NCBI GenBank assembly: GCA_963784785.1
Contig: CAWASW010000003.1
Location: 1-49,215, forward strand
Direction: 5' to 3'
Source of the DNA: Candidatus Woesebacteria bacterium
GTDB taxonomy: Bacteria > Patescibacteriota > Microgenomatia > UBA8517
DNA length: 49,215 nucleotides
Shown piece after piece: positions 25,927-35,349 of the stretch. The notes under the pieces were generated by a model. The model was not told the DNA's origin and searched no databases. It saw only the letters and a list, made by a program, of their open reading frames with translations. Within the stretch, counting starts at the first letter, position 1. Every line of letters begins with the position of its first letter. The translations under genes were made by a program, and so were the position numbers.

Positions 25927-27621
25927 TCATTTTTTCTCTATATTAAAAAATGCAAATCCTTTCTGCGGAATCATCAAGTATCCTGGAGCTCTTAGATTAA
26001 ATGCTTGTTTGAATTCATCACCAGTAAAGTTAATGCTACCGTTTATATTTATATTAGTTGTGAATCCATTTCCTTGAGTTACAGATACAGATGATACTGA
26101 CGAAATTCCGCCTTTATTACGAAGTTCTGAGTATGAATATGGATTGCCTCCCCAACATGCAGTAGATATTGAAGATACCCTACTATCATTACCATTCTTA
26201 AGTACTATTGCAGCATTTACAATATCTGTAAATTCTTCATTATTAAGCCAAGGATTTGACTCTCCACAAGTATTTCCACTACTGGTGTATCCTTGTCTGT
26301 ACCAAGCCTTGTATAGCCATGGAGAGCCTCCTAATTTTTCATATGCTTTATCAGTAAAATTAGCTCCTCCTGATCCATCTGTTGTATCCCATCCAGAGGT
26401 CGTTGAATAGCCCCCTGCAGTTGAAGAAAAGTATGTTACAACATCTTCCAGCACTTGTCCTCTAGTTGCTTGAACTGCCTGCTTCCAAGCATCAGGTGGA
26501 TTATCGGCCTTACTCTTTCTAAATACTTGGCACGCTTCGGTTGTACAAATCTGTTGACCTCCAACTTTGTATCTAAAGGCATAAGTTCGTGCAGCAATAG
26601 CTTGAGCTTTTAAAGCTTCAACGTGCCAAGTAGAGGGCATCTCTGCAATTCCCATTAAATAATAATCCTCAAAATTTATATTCCCCATTCCCGCAACATT
26701 TATAGTTCCCCCAGTATCTTTATTTACAGGTTCTTTACCGTAATATGCCTTTAATATTTGATTTACATTTTGGCCATTTTGAGCTCTACCTCTGGCTCCA
26801 TATTGGCTCATTCCTTTCCTATGTGTGTAACCACCAAATGAAAATATTGCAAACGAACCGGATGGAGCTAAGTCTCTAAAGCCTTTGATAGAAGCATTTA
26901 TATCATCTGCTAAGTCAGAATCTCCAACGCTTGCGGTAAATCCACCTGATTTCGCGTTAATTATTTCCTGTTGCTTAGAACTAAGCGCTGTCAAAAAGTT
27001 TTCAACCTTACCTACTTCCCCTTCTAAAAACTTTGCATCCTCGCTTACCTTTTTTTGCAGACTTGCAAGAGATAATTTGTTTTTTTCCAAGCTCTGCTTA
27101 TCATTTTTTAGATTTACAATTTCTGCTCCATACTTCTCAATTGTTTGTCTATCTCTGTTTGCCACCATTTCCTTTATTTTTATAGTTTTAAAAGCATCAA
27201 TTGCATCATCTGCAGAAATTAACGAAACAAAAGGATCATATAATCTTGCATTTATATACTGGCTCACTGCCTTTTCATCCAATACTTTTTGGGCGAAAGT
27301 TACATCTTTTTCTCTATTTTTGATTTCAATTTCTTTATTTTTAAGTTGATCAGAAAGAGAGGCGACTCTTTTATTTAAACTTGCTATTTGATTTTTCATA
27401 TTTGCCAGATTTGCTTTATTTTTTTCTTGAGCAGGAGCATAAGCGGCAGCAATTTTAGGCAATATTTCATTGATACATTGATCCATTTCTCCAGAAGTTA
27501 GTTCTGAAACAGATTTATTAAGACAATCGGATTCACTTACAGCACTAACAGTACTTAGTACAAAGTACATAGTACAAAGAAAAAACAAAGAAAATATAAA
27601 AATTGATTTTAAAAATTTCAT
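25927..27621 (-). CDS. SpoIID/LytB-domain protein with an N-terminal coiled coil
   Basis: Signal peptide and a long coiled-coil region, then HRKGMSQYGARGRA, AQAIAARTYA and YFSSTAGGY, which are typical of SpoIID/LytB. Confidence 0.7.
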   Translation of the reverse strand: MKFLKSIFIFSLFFLCTMYFVLSTVSAVSESDCLNKSVSELTSGEMDQCINEILPKIAAAYAPAQEKNKANLANMKNQIASLNKRVASLSDQLKNKEIEIKNREKDVTFAQKVLDEKAVSQYINARLYDPFVSLISADDAIDAFKTIKIKEMVANRDRQTIEKYGAEIVNLKNDKQSLEKNKLSLASLQKKVSEDAKFLEGEVGKVENFLTALSSKQQEIINAKSGGFTASVGDSDLADDINASIKGFRDLAPSGSFAIFSFGGYTHRKGMSQYGARGRAQNGQNVNQILKAYYGKEPVNKDTGGTINVAGMGNINFEDYYLMGIAEMPSTWHVEALKAQAIAARTYAFRYKVGGQQICTTEACQVFRKSKADNPPDAWKQAVQATRGQVLEDVVTYFSSTAGGYSTTSGWDTTDGSGGANFTDKAYEKLGGSPWLYKAWYRQGYTSSGNTCGESNPWLNNEEFTDIVNAAIVLKNGNDSRVSSISTACWGGNPYSYSELRNKGGISSVSSVSVTQGNGFTTNININGSINFTGDEFKQAFNLRAPGYLMIPQKGFAFFNIEKK

Positions 27622-27634
27622 ACATATTCATTAT

Positions 27635-28042
27635 ATGTTAGAATTCATTAGAATGAAAAAAATAATCTTAAGTTTGTTTTTATTTTTAACTTTAATAAGT
27701 ACTGCAATTACTCCTGCATTTGCGCAATTGGGAACGGGTACCTGTTCAACAACATCAATTGATACCGCTATTGGGTGTATACCTGTTTCAGATACAAATT
27801 CGTTTATGGGTTGGATATTAGGATGGGCTGTGGGTGTTGGTGGTGGAATTGCGTTTCTTTTAATTGTCTATTCCAGCTTCATGGTAATGACTTCTCAAGG
27901 TGATCCAACAAGGCTTAAGGCAGGCCAAGAGCTTTTGACATCAGCTATTTCAGGTTTAATAATGCTAATTTTCTCAGTATTTATACTAAAATTCATTGGA
28001 GTTGATATACTAGGACTTGGAGCCTTTGGATTTGGAAAATAA
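27635..28042 (+). CDS. T4SS pilin-like protein P1 (VirB2/TrbC-like); likely start at 27653 (MKKIIL)
   Basis: Signal peptide ending AFA, two TM helices separated by TSQGDPTRLKAGQELLTSAISG. Confidence 0.6.
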   Translation: MLEFIRMKKIILSLFLFLTLISTAITPAFAQLGTGTCSTTSIDTAIGCIPVSDTNSFMGWILGWAVGVGGGIAFLLIVYSSFMVMTSQGDPTRLKAGQELLTSAISGLIMLIFSVFILKFIGVDILGLGAFGFGK

Positions 28043-28048
28043 ATATAT

Positions 28049-28357
28049 ATGAATTATTTAGCTCAAGACTTTGCAACAATACAAACTAATGCAGGTATAA
28101 AACCTCCAACTGACATGGCAACATTAATTACTAATGCATTACCATACATTTTTGGCGCAGCAGGTATAGTCTTGCTATTAAACATAATTTCATCAGGACT
28201 CAAGATGATGACATCTAAGGGTGATCCAAAAGTTTTGCAAGGCGCACAAGCGAAACTTACAACATCAGCTATTGGAATTTTAATTTTGTTTACATCCTTT
28301 TGGATTGTTCAACTAATTATGAAATTTATAGGGGTCAATACTGTTTTGTTTAAATAA
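28049..28357 (+). CDS. T4SS pilin-like protein P2
   Basis: Two TM helices around TSKGDPKVLQGAQAKLTTSAIG. N-terminus MNYLAQ. Confidence 0.6.
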   Translation: MNYLAQDFATIQTNAGIKPPTDMATLITNALPYIFGAAGIVLLLNIISSGLKMMTSKGDPKVLQGAQAKLTTSAIGILILFTSFWIVQLIMKFIGVNTVLFK

Positions 28358-28359
28358 AA

Positions 28360-28680
28360 ATGAATCAATTAGCAATAAATATCAGCACAACTTTCTTGAA
28401 AGACACACGAGGAGAATTATACAGAGTTGATAACATTAGTAGATATGTTGCAGCAATTATCACAGGAGCTATATCAATAGCTGGAATAATTCTTTTATTT
28501 TTACTAATTGGAGGTGGAATTGGAATGATTGCAGGAGCAGGAAAATCTGATCCAAAAACAGTTGAGGCAGGTAAACAAGCAGCAACTTCTGCTTTAATTG
28601 GCTTCATAGTTGTATTTTCGGCCTATTGGATAGTAAAATTGATTGAAACAATAACAGGTCTATCACTAATATCAATTTAA
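28360..28680 (+). CDS. T4SS pilin-like protein P3
   Basis: Two TM helices around GAGKSDPKTVEAGKQAATSALIG. N-terminus MNQLA. Confidence 0.6.
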   Translation: MNQLAINISTTFLKDTRGELYRVDNISRYVAAIITGAISIAGIILLFLLIGGGIGMIAGAGKSDPKTVEAGKQAATSALIGFIVVFSAYWIVKLIETITGLSLISI

Positions 28681-28681
28681 A

Positions 28682-29035
28682 ATGAACAATCTATTAGCAC
28701 AAAATCCATTTGGTCAAGTTGTAGCCCCTGCAGCCGTGGCTACAAAATTTACGGCAGATCCTACTGTTGCCTTTGGTAAGTTAATTCAATTTGGGCTTAG
28801 AGCATTAATTGTTGGGGCAGGAATTTATGCATTATTTAACCTTGTCCTTGCAGGTTATTCATTTATGAGTGCAGGTGACGACAGCAAAAAAGTATCTGGC
28901 GCATGGAGCCAAATCAGTCAAACATTGATTGGGTTAGCATTTTCAGCTGGAGCATTTGTTCTTGCCGCAATTTTTGGTCAGTTGATTTTTGGAAATCCCC
29001 TATTTTTACTTAACCCAGTAATACCAGCACCATGA
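28682..29035 (+). CDS. T4SS pilin-like protein P4
   Basis: Two TM helices around SAGDDSKKVSGAWSQISQTLIG. N-terminus MNNLLAQ. Confidence 0.55.
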   Translation: MNNLLAQNPFGQVVAPAAVATKFTADPTVAFGKLIQFGLRALIVGAGIYALFNLVLAGYSFMSAGDDSKKVSGAWSQISQTLIGLAFSAGAFVLAAIFGQLIFGNPLFLLNPVIPAP

Positions 29036-29403
29036 TGAACAAACTTGCACAAATAAATTTAGCTCCAACTGGTGGATATAAAGGTTTTGGACCTTTAGGT
29101 CTTGAGCAGGGACAAACAGCAATAAACATTTTTCAAACATTTATATCATCTGCCATAGGTTTGATTACAATCATCGCAATAATTTGGTTTATAATCATTA
29201 TTGTAACAAGTGGAATATCATATATGGGTGCGGGTGCAGATCAAAAAGCGACAGAAGCAGCAAAAAAGAGAATTACAAATGGATTAATCGGTCTATTAAT
29301 TACAATATTTGGGATCTTCATAATCAACTTTATTGGTCAAGTGTTTAACATACCAGGGTTATTAAATATTCCAGACATGTTTTCTAAGATTTTAATAAAA
29401 TAA
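29032..29403 (+). CDS. T4SS pilin-like protein P5
   Basis: Two TM helices around GAGADQKATEAAKKRITNGLIG. N-terminus MMNKLAQ. ATGA overlap with P4. Confidence 0.6.
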   Translation: MMNKLAQINLAPTGGYKGFGPLGLEQGQTAINIFQTFISSAIGLITIIAIIWFIIIIVTSGISYMGAGADQKATEAAKKRITNGLIGLLITIFGIFIINFIGQVFNIPGLLNIPDMFSKILIK

Positions 29404-29405
29404 AT

Positions 29406-29777
29406 ATGAATAATTACTTGGCAGGAGCAAATTCAGCAACAGTCACAAATCCAGTTTTTGGATCTTCAATTTTCAGCAACCTAATAGGAGATTCGCAAGG
29501 AGGATCTACTTTTTTAGGAATGATTATACCTAAACTAGTCGGTTTTATGTTTGTTATCGGATCAATTATTTTTTTCTTCATGCTTTTATGGGGTGCAGTA
29601 AGCTGGATATTATCAGGTGGAGATAAAGCAAGCTTGGAAGGCGCAAAGAATAAAATCACAAACGCATTTATAGGTTTTATCCTAATGATTGGATCATATG
29701 CAATCATCAAATTAATTGAGAAATTCTTTGGAATAAACATTTTGCTTATTGACATAGGTCCTCTAGTCATACAATAA
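29406..29777 (+). CDS. T4SS pilin-like protein P6
   Basis: Two TM helices around LSGGDKASLEGAKNKITNAFIG. N-terminus MNNYLAG. Confidence 0.6.
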   Translation: MNNYLAGANSATVTNPVFGSSIFSNLIGDSQGGSTFLGMIIPKLVGFMFVIGSIIFFFMLLWGAVSWILSGGDKASLEGAKNKITNAFIGFILMIGSYAIIKLIEKFFGINILLIDIGPLVIQ

Positions 29778-29790
29778 TATACACATACAC

Positions 29791-30141
29791 ATGAATAATT
29801 TACTTTCAGCAGCAAGCGACGTAATAGATTTAAATTCTAATATTGGTAGTATAGGTAATGCAGCAAAACAACTTAGCTTGGGTGGTATGGTGTCTGGATT
29901 TATAAGTTTGATTCTTATTTTAGCAGGATTGGCTTTCTTCTTTATATTAATAGTCGGTGGAGTTAAATGGATTCTTTCAGGTGGAGACAAAGCTCACACA
30001 GAGGGCGCAAGAAACCAAATAACAGCAGCACTTGTAGGATTAGTTATCGTATTTTCAGCTTGGGCAATCGCAGGTTTAATCAATTCATTCTTTGGTATAA
30101 ATATATTGAACTTGAGAATCGAATCCATTGTAGGTAAATAA
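29791..30141 (+). CDS. T4SS pilin-like protein P7
   Basis: Two TM helices around LSGGDKAHTEGARNQITAALVG. N-terminus MNNLLSA. Confidence 0.6.
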   Translation: MNNLLSAASDVIDLNSNIGSIGNAAKQLSLGGMVSGFISLILILAGLAFFFILIVGGVKWILSGGDKAHTEGARNQITAALVGLVIVFSAWAIAGLINSFFGINILNLRIESIVGK

Positions 30142-30239
30142 TCTTCACTTGCTCAATTTTCTTTTTTATGCCTAGTACTCCATAAATTTAGTATTAATTT
30201 ATTGACAATACTCCACAAATTTGGTACCATTACTAGGAT

Positions 30240-31367
30240 ATGATCAAAAGACAACTAGAGGAAGTTGTAAGGAAAAATCAAAAAGATGGATTTATAAACA
30301 TAATTTATGGCCCCAGACGTGTTGGAAAAACCGTCCTCATTAATTCACTTGTTTCAAATACACCAGAAACTGATGTTTTAATTTTAAATGGAGATCATAA
30401 AGAAACTAAGGAAGTTTTAAGTGACACCTCTGAAGTTGGTTTATCTAAATTGGCGGAAAAATATAAAGTTATTGTCATTGATGAAGCCCAGAGAATTCCA
30501 AATATTGGCCTGTCACTAAAAATTTTAATTGACAAATACCCCAAAAAAACTTTTTATGTTTCTGGTTCCTCTTCTCTCTCTTTAGCCAAGGGGGTTAAAG
30601 AATCGTTAACAGGTAGGTATCAAAAATATAAACTTTATCCATTATCAACAAATGAAATAACCGACAAAATACCTGACTTTAAAAAACCTTCCATTTTACC
30701 TGATCAGTTAATATTTGGTGGATATCCATATCTTTTACACCTAGACAAACAGGAAGATAAAAAAAATTATTTAAAATCAATTATTGATGATTATTTATTT
30801 AATGATATTAAAAACTTAAAAGAGATAATTTCTGAAGAGATCATTAAAAAATTAGCAACTCTGCTTGCTTTTCAAGTTGGTTCAGTAGCTTCATTAAATG
30901 AGCTGTCAAAAAGTTTGGGAATTGATGTTAAAACAGTAGATAGATATATTTCACTACTTAAACAAAGTTTTGTAATATTCGAGATTGGATCATTTTCAAA
31001 CAATCCTAGAAAAGAACTCGTTAAATCTAAAAAATACTATTTTTATGATAATGGAATAAGAAATGCTTTAACTGATCAATTTTTACCACTAGATTCAAGA
31101 AACGATATTGGTGCATTATGGGAAAACTTTTTAGCAATTGAAAGAATTAAACAAAACGAATACAAAAACAAAGGAAATAATCATTTTTTTTGGAGATCAT
31201 ACGAAAAAGCTGAAGTCGACTGGGTTGAAACTAATGAAAACAGAATAACTGCGTTTGAATTTAAGTGGAATAAAAATAAGAACCATACACCAAAAAGCTT
31301 TAAAGACAAATACAAATCACTCGTAAAAACAATTAATAAAGACAATTATTTGGAATTTATATCCTAA
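30240..31367 (+). CDS. AAA ATPase with DUF4143-type C-terminus
   Basis: Walker A IYGPRRVGKT, Walker B VIVIDEAQ, and a C-terminal YYFYDNGIRN segment typical of the AAA_14/DUF4143 architecture. Confidence 0.75.
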   Translation: MIKRQLEEVVRKNQKDGFINIIYGPRRVGKTVLINSLVSNTPETDVLILNGDHKETKEVLSDTSEVGLSKLAEKYKVIVIDEAQRIPNIGLSLKILIDKYPKKTFYVSGSSSLSLAKGVKESLTGRYQKYKLYPLSTNEITDKIPDFKKPSILPDQLIFGGYPYLLHLDKQEDKKNYLKSIIDDYLFNDIKNLKEIISEEIIKKLATLLAFQVGSVASLNELSKSLGIDVKTVDRYISLLKQSFVIFEIGSFSNNPRKELVKSKKYYFYDNGIRNALTDQFLPLDSRNDIGALWENFLAIERIKQNEYKNKGNNHFFWRSYEKAEVDWVETNENRITAFEFKWNKNKNHTPKSFKDKYKSLVKTINKDNYLEFIS

Positions 31368-31384
31368 CAAAGTACAATATAAAT

Positions 31385-31672
31385 ATGGGAGCAGCACCAG
31401 CAAAATTACAGGATTTAGAAACGGTTTTTGGAAGTGTAGCCACTTCCCTATTAGCCCTTGGTGGAATTGTATTGTTTTTGATGCTACTTTCTGGTGGATT
31501 TAAATATTTAACATCAGGTGGAGATCCAAAAGCGACAGAAGGCGCACAAAAAACTTTAACCTATGCAATTGGAGGTTTAGTAATGCTTGCTGGGTCGTTT
31601 TTAATTTTAAAAATTATTTCTACATTTACAGGAGCAACAGGTATAGAAGACTTTTTGATTTTTAAACCATAA
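31385..31672 (+). CDS. T4SS pilin-like protein P8
   Basis: Two TM helices around TSGGDPKATEGAQKTLTYAIGG. Confidence 0.6.
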   Translation: MGAAPAKLQDLETVFGSVATSLLALGGIVLFLMLLSGGFKYLTSGGDPKATEGAQKTLTYAIGGLVMLAGSFLILKIISTFTGATGIEDFLIFKP

Positions 31673-31685
31673 TTTTTAATGTTAA

Positions 31686-34178
31686 ATGCTAAAACTGTCT
31701 AGGTATTTCATTTTTTTTGTACTATGTACTCTGTACTTTGTACTGCTTCCTACTGTAACGCCTGCCCAAGAGGCGTTTCCAAAAATTCAGCTTCCTTGTG
31801 ACAAAACAAAAGACATTGAATTTCATTCACTTCGTCCTTATCAAGCTGCAACCTGTGGAGACGCAGACAAAGCACTTTATTGCAGCAATGATTTAATTTT
31901 TATAGAGACTTTTAATGTAAAGGGTAAAGGAGATTGTACCCAACGTGGATACGCAGATACATTTATTTGTCATCCAGATTACGATGTACAACCACACACG
32001 CTTTATGTAGAACTAAGTGAATCTATGTTCCCTATCATGGGTAATACTGAAAAAGTAAAAAACAGTCAAAACAGCGGGGATGAATTTGACGATGCTACAA
32101 AAGTTAATGAATATGCTAGCTGGTACCTAAGTGGCGTTACTAATAAGGCAGAAAATCCCATTCCAACCGACGAACAAATAGTAAACTTTTCAGGTCCTGT
32201 AAATAAATTGCTTCCAAAAATGATTCAGGAAGCTCAAAGAATTAAAACCATAGATAATGCTAAAAATACCGACACTTATAAAGATGACGAAACAGGTAAA
32301 GATACAAAAGAATCAACAAACCACAATCAAGTAGTAGCCTGTGCAGAAAAGAAATGGTGGTTTTTTGGTCCGGTTACACCAGTACCATGTTATGGTGGCG
32401 GGTCATACAGACTTCTTGATTGGGATAAGGCAGGCCTTGGTATTGCAAGGGACTCAACAGTCGCCATGGGAGCTTTTTTAAAGGTGTTTCCAAGCATAAC
32501 TGCAAACATAGTTGGGGAAGCAATAGCTTCAGCATGGAACAACAGGAAACCACCACTGCCTTGGGATAATGGAACAGGAAAGCCGTTTGAATCACAAATT
32601 AAATATCAAAAAGCATATAACGAATGGAAAGGTAAAACTTGTGCCATTATTCCTGTTTTCAACTTTTTAATTTGTATTGATCTTGATCCAACTAACATCT
32701 TTGTAAACAGTGAATGGTCTGAAATGTACCAGTACATTCCACTTTCAAATACAACAGATAAAAAGGGAGCAGAAATGGTTACAGACGTCCAAGGACGAGG
32801 TGTTGGAGCAACAGAAATTGGACCATTTAACTATGGTGAAGTTAAAACCCCACCACTTTATTTTGCACATACTCAAGAAGTAAAAGAATTATCAGAAATT
32901 CTTAATTCAACCTACACTCCACTTGAGTGTACTACCACAAATGGCAAGACAGACTGCAATCCATTAAAAAGTAAAGAGATGCAAACAACAGAAAAAAACT
33001 ATTGTAGTGTAGTAAATGTCAGAACAAACCCAGGAGATAATTTATTTCCAGGTGATCCAAATGAATTGCAGGTTCCTGATGTGCATTACACAATAACAGA
33101 TGCTCAATGTGTGGAAACTTTTGAGCCAGGAACACCATCTGGATGTGGGCCAAAAGATACAAATCCGTGTCCACCAAAACATAATTTGACTTGTGAAGCT
33201 CAAGTTTATATAACAATTAAATCTGTAACAAAAACTCCTTGGGCAAAAGAAATATTTTCAACAACGGTGGCTGATTCTGGAAGTACCTTTAGAAAAATAT
33301 TTCCAAAAGTAGAGGAAGGTGCTCCAGTATCCTGTATTGCAGATATCCAAACAGTGACTGATGTTACATATACAGATTCAAATACACTACAAGGTGGAAG
33401 TAGTGAATTTAAAGTAAGAAGGTATCCGGAAGATGGAGCAGGAAATAACCCTCAGCTAACATTTCCCCACATTGGATCAATATATGAATATTTCCTAAAA
33501 GGAATACAAACTGCCCTCCGTCCTAAAGGTTACGGTGATCCAATTTTAAACGGTAAATATTGTGGACTAGGAAACGAAACGTGCACGAGCACAATCGACG
33601 AAGTAGCAAAAGCATACCAAATACCAGCATGTCAACTCATGGGAATAATGGAGTTAGAAACAAATATGGGTAAAAATATGGGTACTGAATCCTGCAACAC
33701 AAAGAATGGAACATTTAACTGTTGTCATGGCAATGCATGCGGTCCAGCACAAATATTATGTAGCCAATATGATGCTTTTGCAGGTGACGAGAAATTAGAT
33801 TTATGTAATCCTGTTTGTTCTTCTGAACTACTAGCTAGGGCGATGCTATTAAAACTTTGTCAAGCAGACGGAAAATGCAATTCTTACGATTGGAAAAAAT
33901 GGGGAGAATTTGTAATTGATAATTATCATGTCGAGGGTGGAGGAACTGTTGCTGACGGTAGTTATACTGCAGCATGTTATTTTTATGGTCAGTCAAACGG
34001 ATGTTCTCCAACAGGATGCACACAGTACAGATGGGGGCCAGGGATATCGTACGGAGACAGGGTTGAAGCATACTGTAAAGGAAAAACCATACCAGACAAC
34101 ACCTCTCCAGAATTTTGTGAATTATGCAATCAAGAAATTGTTAGGGCTGGACAAAATCCAATACAATGCACTCCTTGA
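31686..34178 (+). CDS. Large secreted Cys-rich protein with a C-terminal lytic-transglycosylase-like (VirB1/SLT-like) region
   Basis: Signal peptide and many Cys residues. The C-terminal AKAYQIPACQLMGIMELETNMG...ACGPAQI resembles the SLT catalytic Glu and the GLMQI-type motif. Confidence 0.5.
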   Translation: MLKLSRYFIFFVLCTLYFVLLPTVTPAQEAFPKIQLPCDKTKDIEFHSLRPYQAATCGDADKALYCSNDLIFIETFNVKGKGDCTQRGYADTFICHPDYDVQPHTLYVELSESMFPIMGNTEKVKNSQNSGDEFDDATKVNEYASWYLSGVTNKAENPIPTDEQIVNFSGPVNKLLPKMIQEAQRIKTIDNAKNTDTYKDDETGKDTKESTNHNQVVACAEKKWWFFGPVTPVPCYGGGSYRLLDWDKAGLGIARDSTVAMGAFLKVFPSITANIVGEAIASAWNNRKPPLPWDNGTGKPFESQIKYQKAYNEWKGKTCAIIPVFNFLICIDLDPTNIFVNSEWSEMYQYIPLSNTTDKKGAEMVTDVQGRGVGATEIGPFNYGEVKTPPLYFAHTQEVKELSEILNSTYTPLECTTTNGKTDCNPLKSKEMQTTEKNYCSVVNVRTNPGDNLFPGDPNELQVPDVHYTITDAQCVETFEPGTPSGCGPKDTNPCPPKHNLTCEAQVYITIKSVTKTPWAKEIFSTTVADSGSTFRKIFPKVEEGAPVSCIADIQTVTDVTYTDSNTLQGGSSEFKVRRYPEDGAGNNPQLTFPHIGSIYEYFLKGIQTALRPKGYGDPILNGKYCGLGNETCTSTIDEVAKAYQIPACQLMGIMELETNMGKNMGTESCNTKNGTFNCCHGNACGPAQILCSQYDAFAGDEKLDLCNPVCSSELLARAMLLKLCQADGKCNSYDWKKWGEFVIDNYHVEGGGTVADGSYTAACYFYGQSNGCSPTGCTQYRWGPGISYGDRVEAYCKGKTIPDNTSPEFCELCNQEIVRAGQNPIQCTP

Positions 34179-34184
34179 ATATTT

Positions 34185-35003
34185 TTAACAATTTAAAAAA
34201 TATTTTCCTCCACTTTCAGTAACTAATCCTTTTATTCCCATAATTGAAAGTGTGGTACCGGTATCCTCTATCCTAATTCCTGTCTTTCTTGCAATTTCAT
34301 CTATATCCAAGGACTCGACTTTCAAAACTTTAAAAATCTTATATTCAATACTATTTTTATCTATCTCAAAGTCTTTTTCGTCTCGAATTTTCAATTTGCA
34401 TTTTTCAATTTTCAATATATCGGCAACACAAGTGGCAATTTGGGCATCACCTGACTTGATCAATTCATTACACCCAATCGAAACTTTTGAGTTTATTGGC
34501 CCTGGTACAGCCCAAACTTTTTTGCCAGCAATTCTCGCTAATTTGGCAGTAACGAGCGAACCGCTGTTCTCACCCGCCTCGATTACTAACACCCCAATCG
34601 AGGCGAGGCTGACGACAATTTTATTTCTTTGGGGAAATTTCCATAAATGGGGTTTGGCTGAATCTTCATACTCAGAAACTACTGATCCTCCAGATTCAAT
34701 AACCTGATCATATAATTTTTTGTTTTCTGCGGGGTATATTACGTCTAGTCCACAACCAAAAACTGCAATAGTTTTGCCTCCATAATCAATAGTTTTTTGG
34801 TGAACTTCAGTATCCACTCCATACATAAAACCAGAAATGGTTGTTACGCTATTAAGCGCAAATTCTGCCACAAATTTATCAACTGTTTCCCTGCCATATC
34901 TAGTCATTTGTCTTGAACCAACTATTGCAATTGAATTTATATTTATTGTATAGGGATCCACTCCTCTAAAATGTAAGGTTTTCATAATGCGTAATTCTTC
35001 CAC
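34185..35003 (-). CDS. dprA: DNA-processing protein DprA
   Basis: IAIVGSRQMTRYG...ISGFMYGVDTEVH...VFGCGLDVIYP...FPQRNKIV...VLVIEAGENSGSL. Confidence 0.85.
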   Translation of the reverse strand: MEELRIMKTLHFRGVDPYTININSIAIVGSRQMTRYGRETVDKFVAEFALNSVTTISGFMYGVDTEVHQKTIDYGGKTIAVFGCGLDVIYPAENKKLYDQVIESGGSVVSEYEDSAKPHLWKFPQRNKIVVSLASIGVLVIEAGENSGSLVTAKLARIAGKKVWAVPGPINSKVSIGCNELIKSGDAQIATCVADILKIEKCKLKIRDEKDFEIDKNSIEYKIFKVLKVESLDIDEIARKTGIRIEDTGTTLSIMGIKGLVTESGGKYFLNC

Positions 35004-35331
35004 TCTTCTCTACTATACAAATTGCGTCAATCTGATATCTCTCAAAATGTTTTGCGATATCTGAGTTAGTAAGTAAATACATTTCAGCAGTTCTTCTGAC
35101 TTGATTTAACTTATTTAGCCCAATCATCTCCTCCGGTGTTCCAAAATCTTCTGATTGTTTAAATTTTACTTCGACAAAAACTAGTATCTCGTTTTTGCTC
35201 ACAATAATATCAAGTTCCCCATATTTTGTAGAGTTATTTCTTTCAATAATTTGATAACCATGATCCATAAGCCACTTAGATGCCATCTCCTCCCCCTGAT
35301 TTCCTTTAAGTCTATTAAAAGTTTTGGCCAT
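34966..35331 (-). CDS. yraN: YraN-family (UPF0102) endonuclease-like protein
   Basis: GNQGEEMASKWLMDHGYQIIERN...GELDIIV...LVFVEVKFK. Confidence 0.75.
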   Translation of the reverse strand: MAKTFNRLKGNQGEEMASKWLMDHGYQIIERNNSTKYGELDIIVSKNEILVFVEVKFKQSEDFGTPEEMIGLNKLNQVRRTAEMYLLTNSDIAKHFERYQIDAICIVEKSGRITHYENLTF

Positions 35332-35349
35332 AGAAGCTACTCAAAACTA

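Noticed and set aside
28365-29990. Minus-strand ORFs 28365..28607, 29414..29815 and 29763..29990
   Set aside because: They are antisense shadows of the pilin genes, which have clear paralogous conservation on the plus strand.
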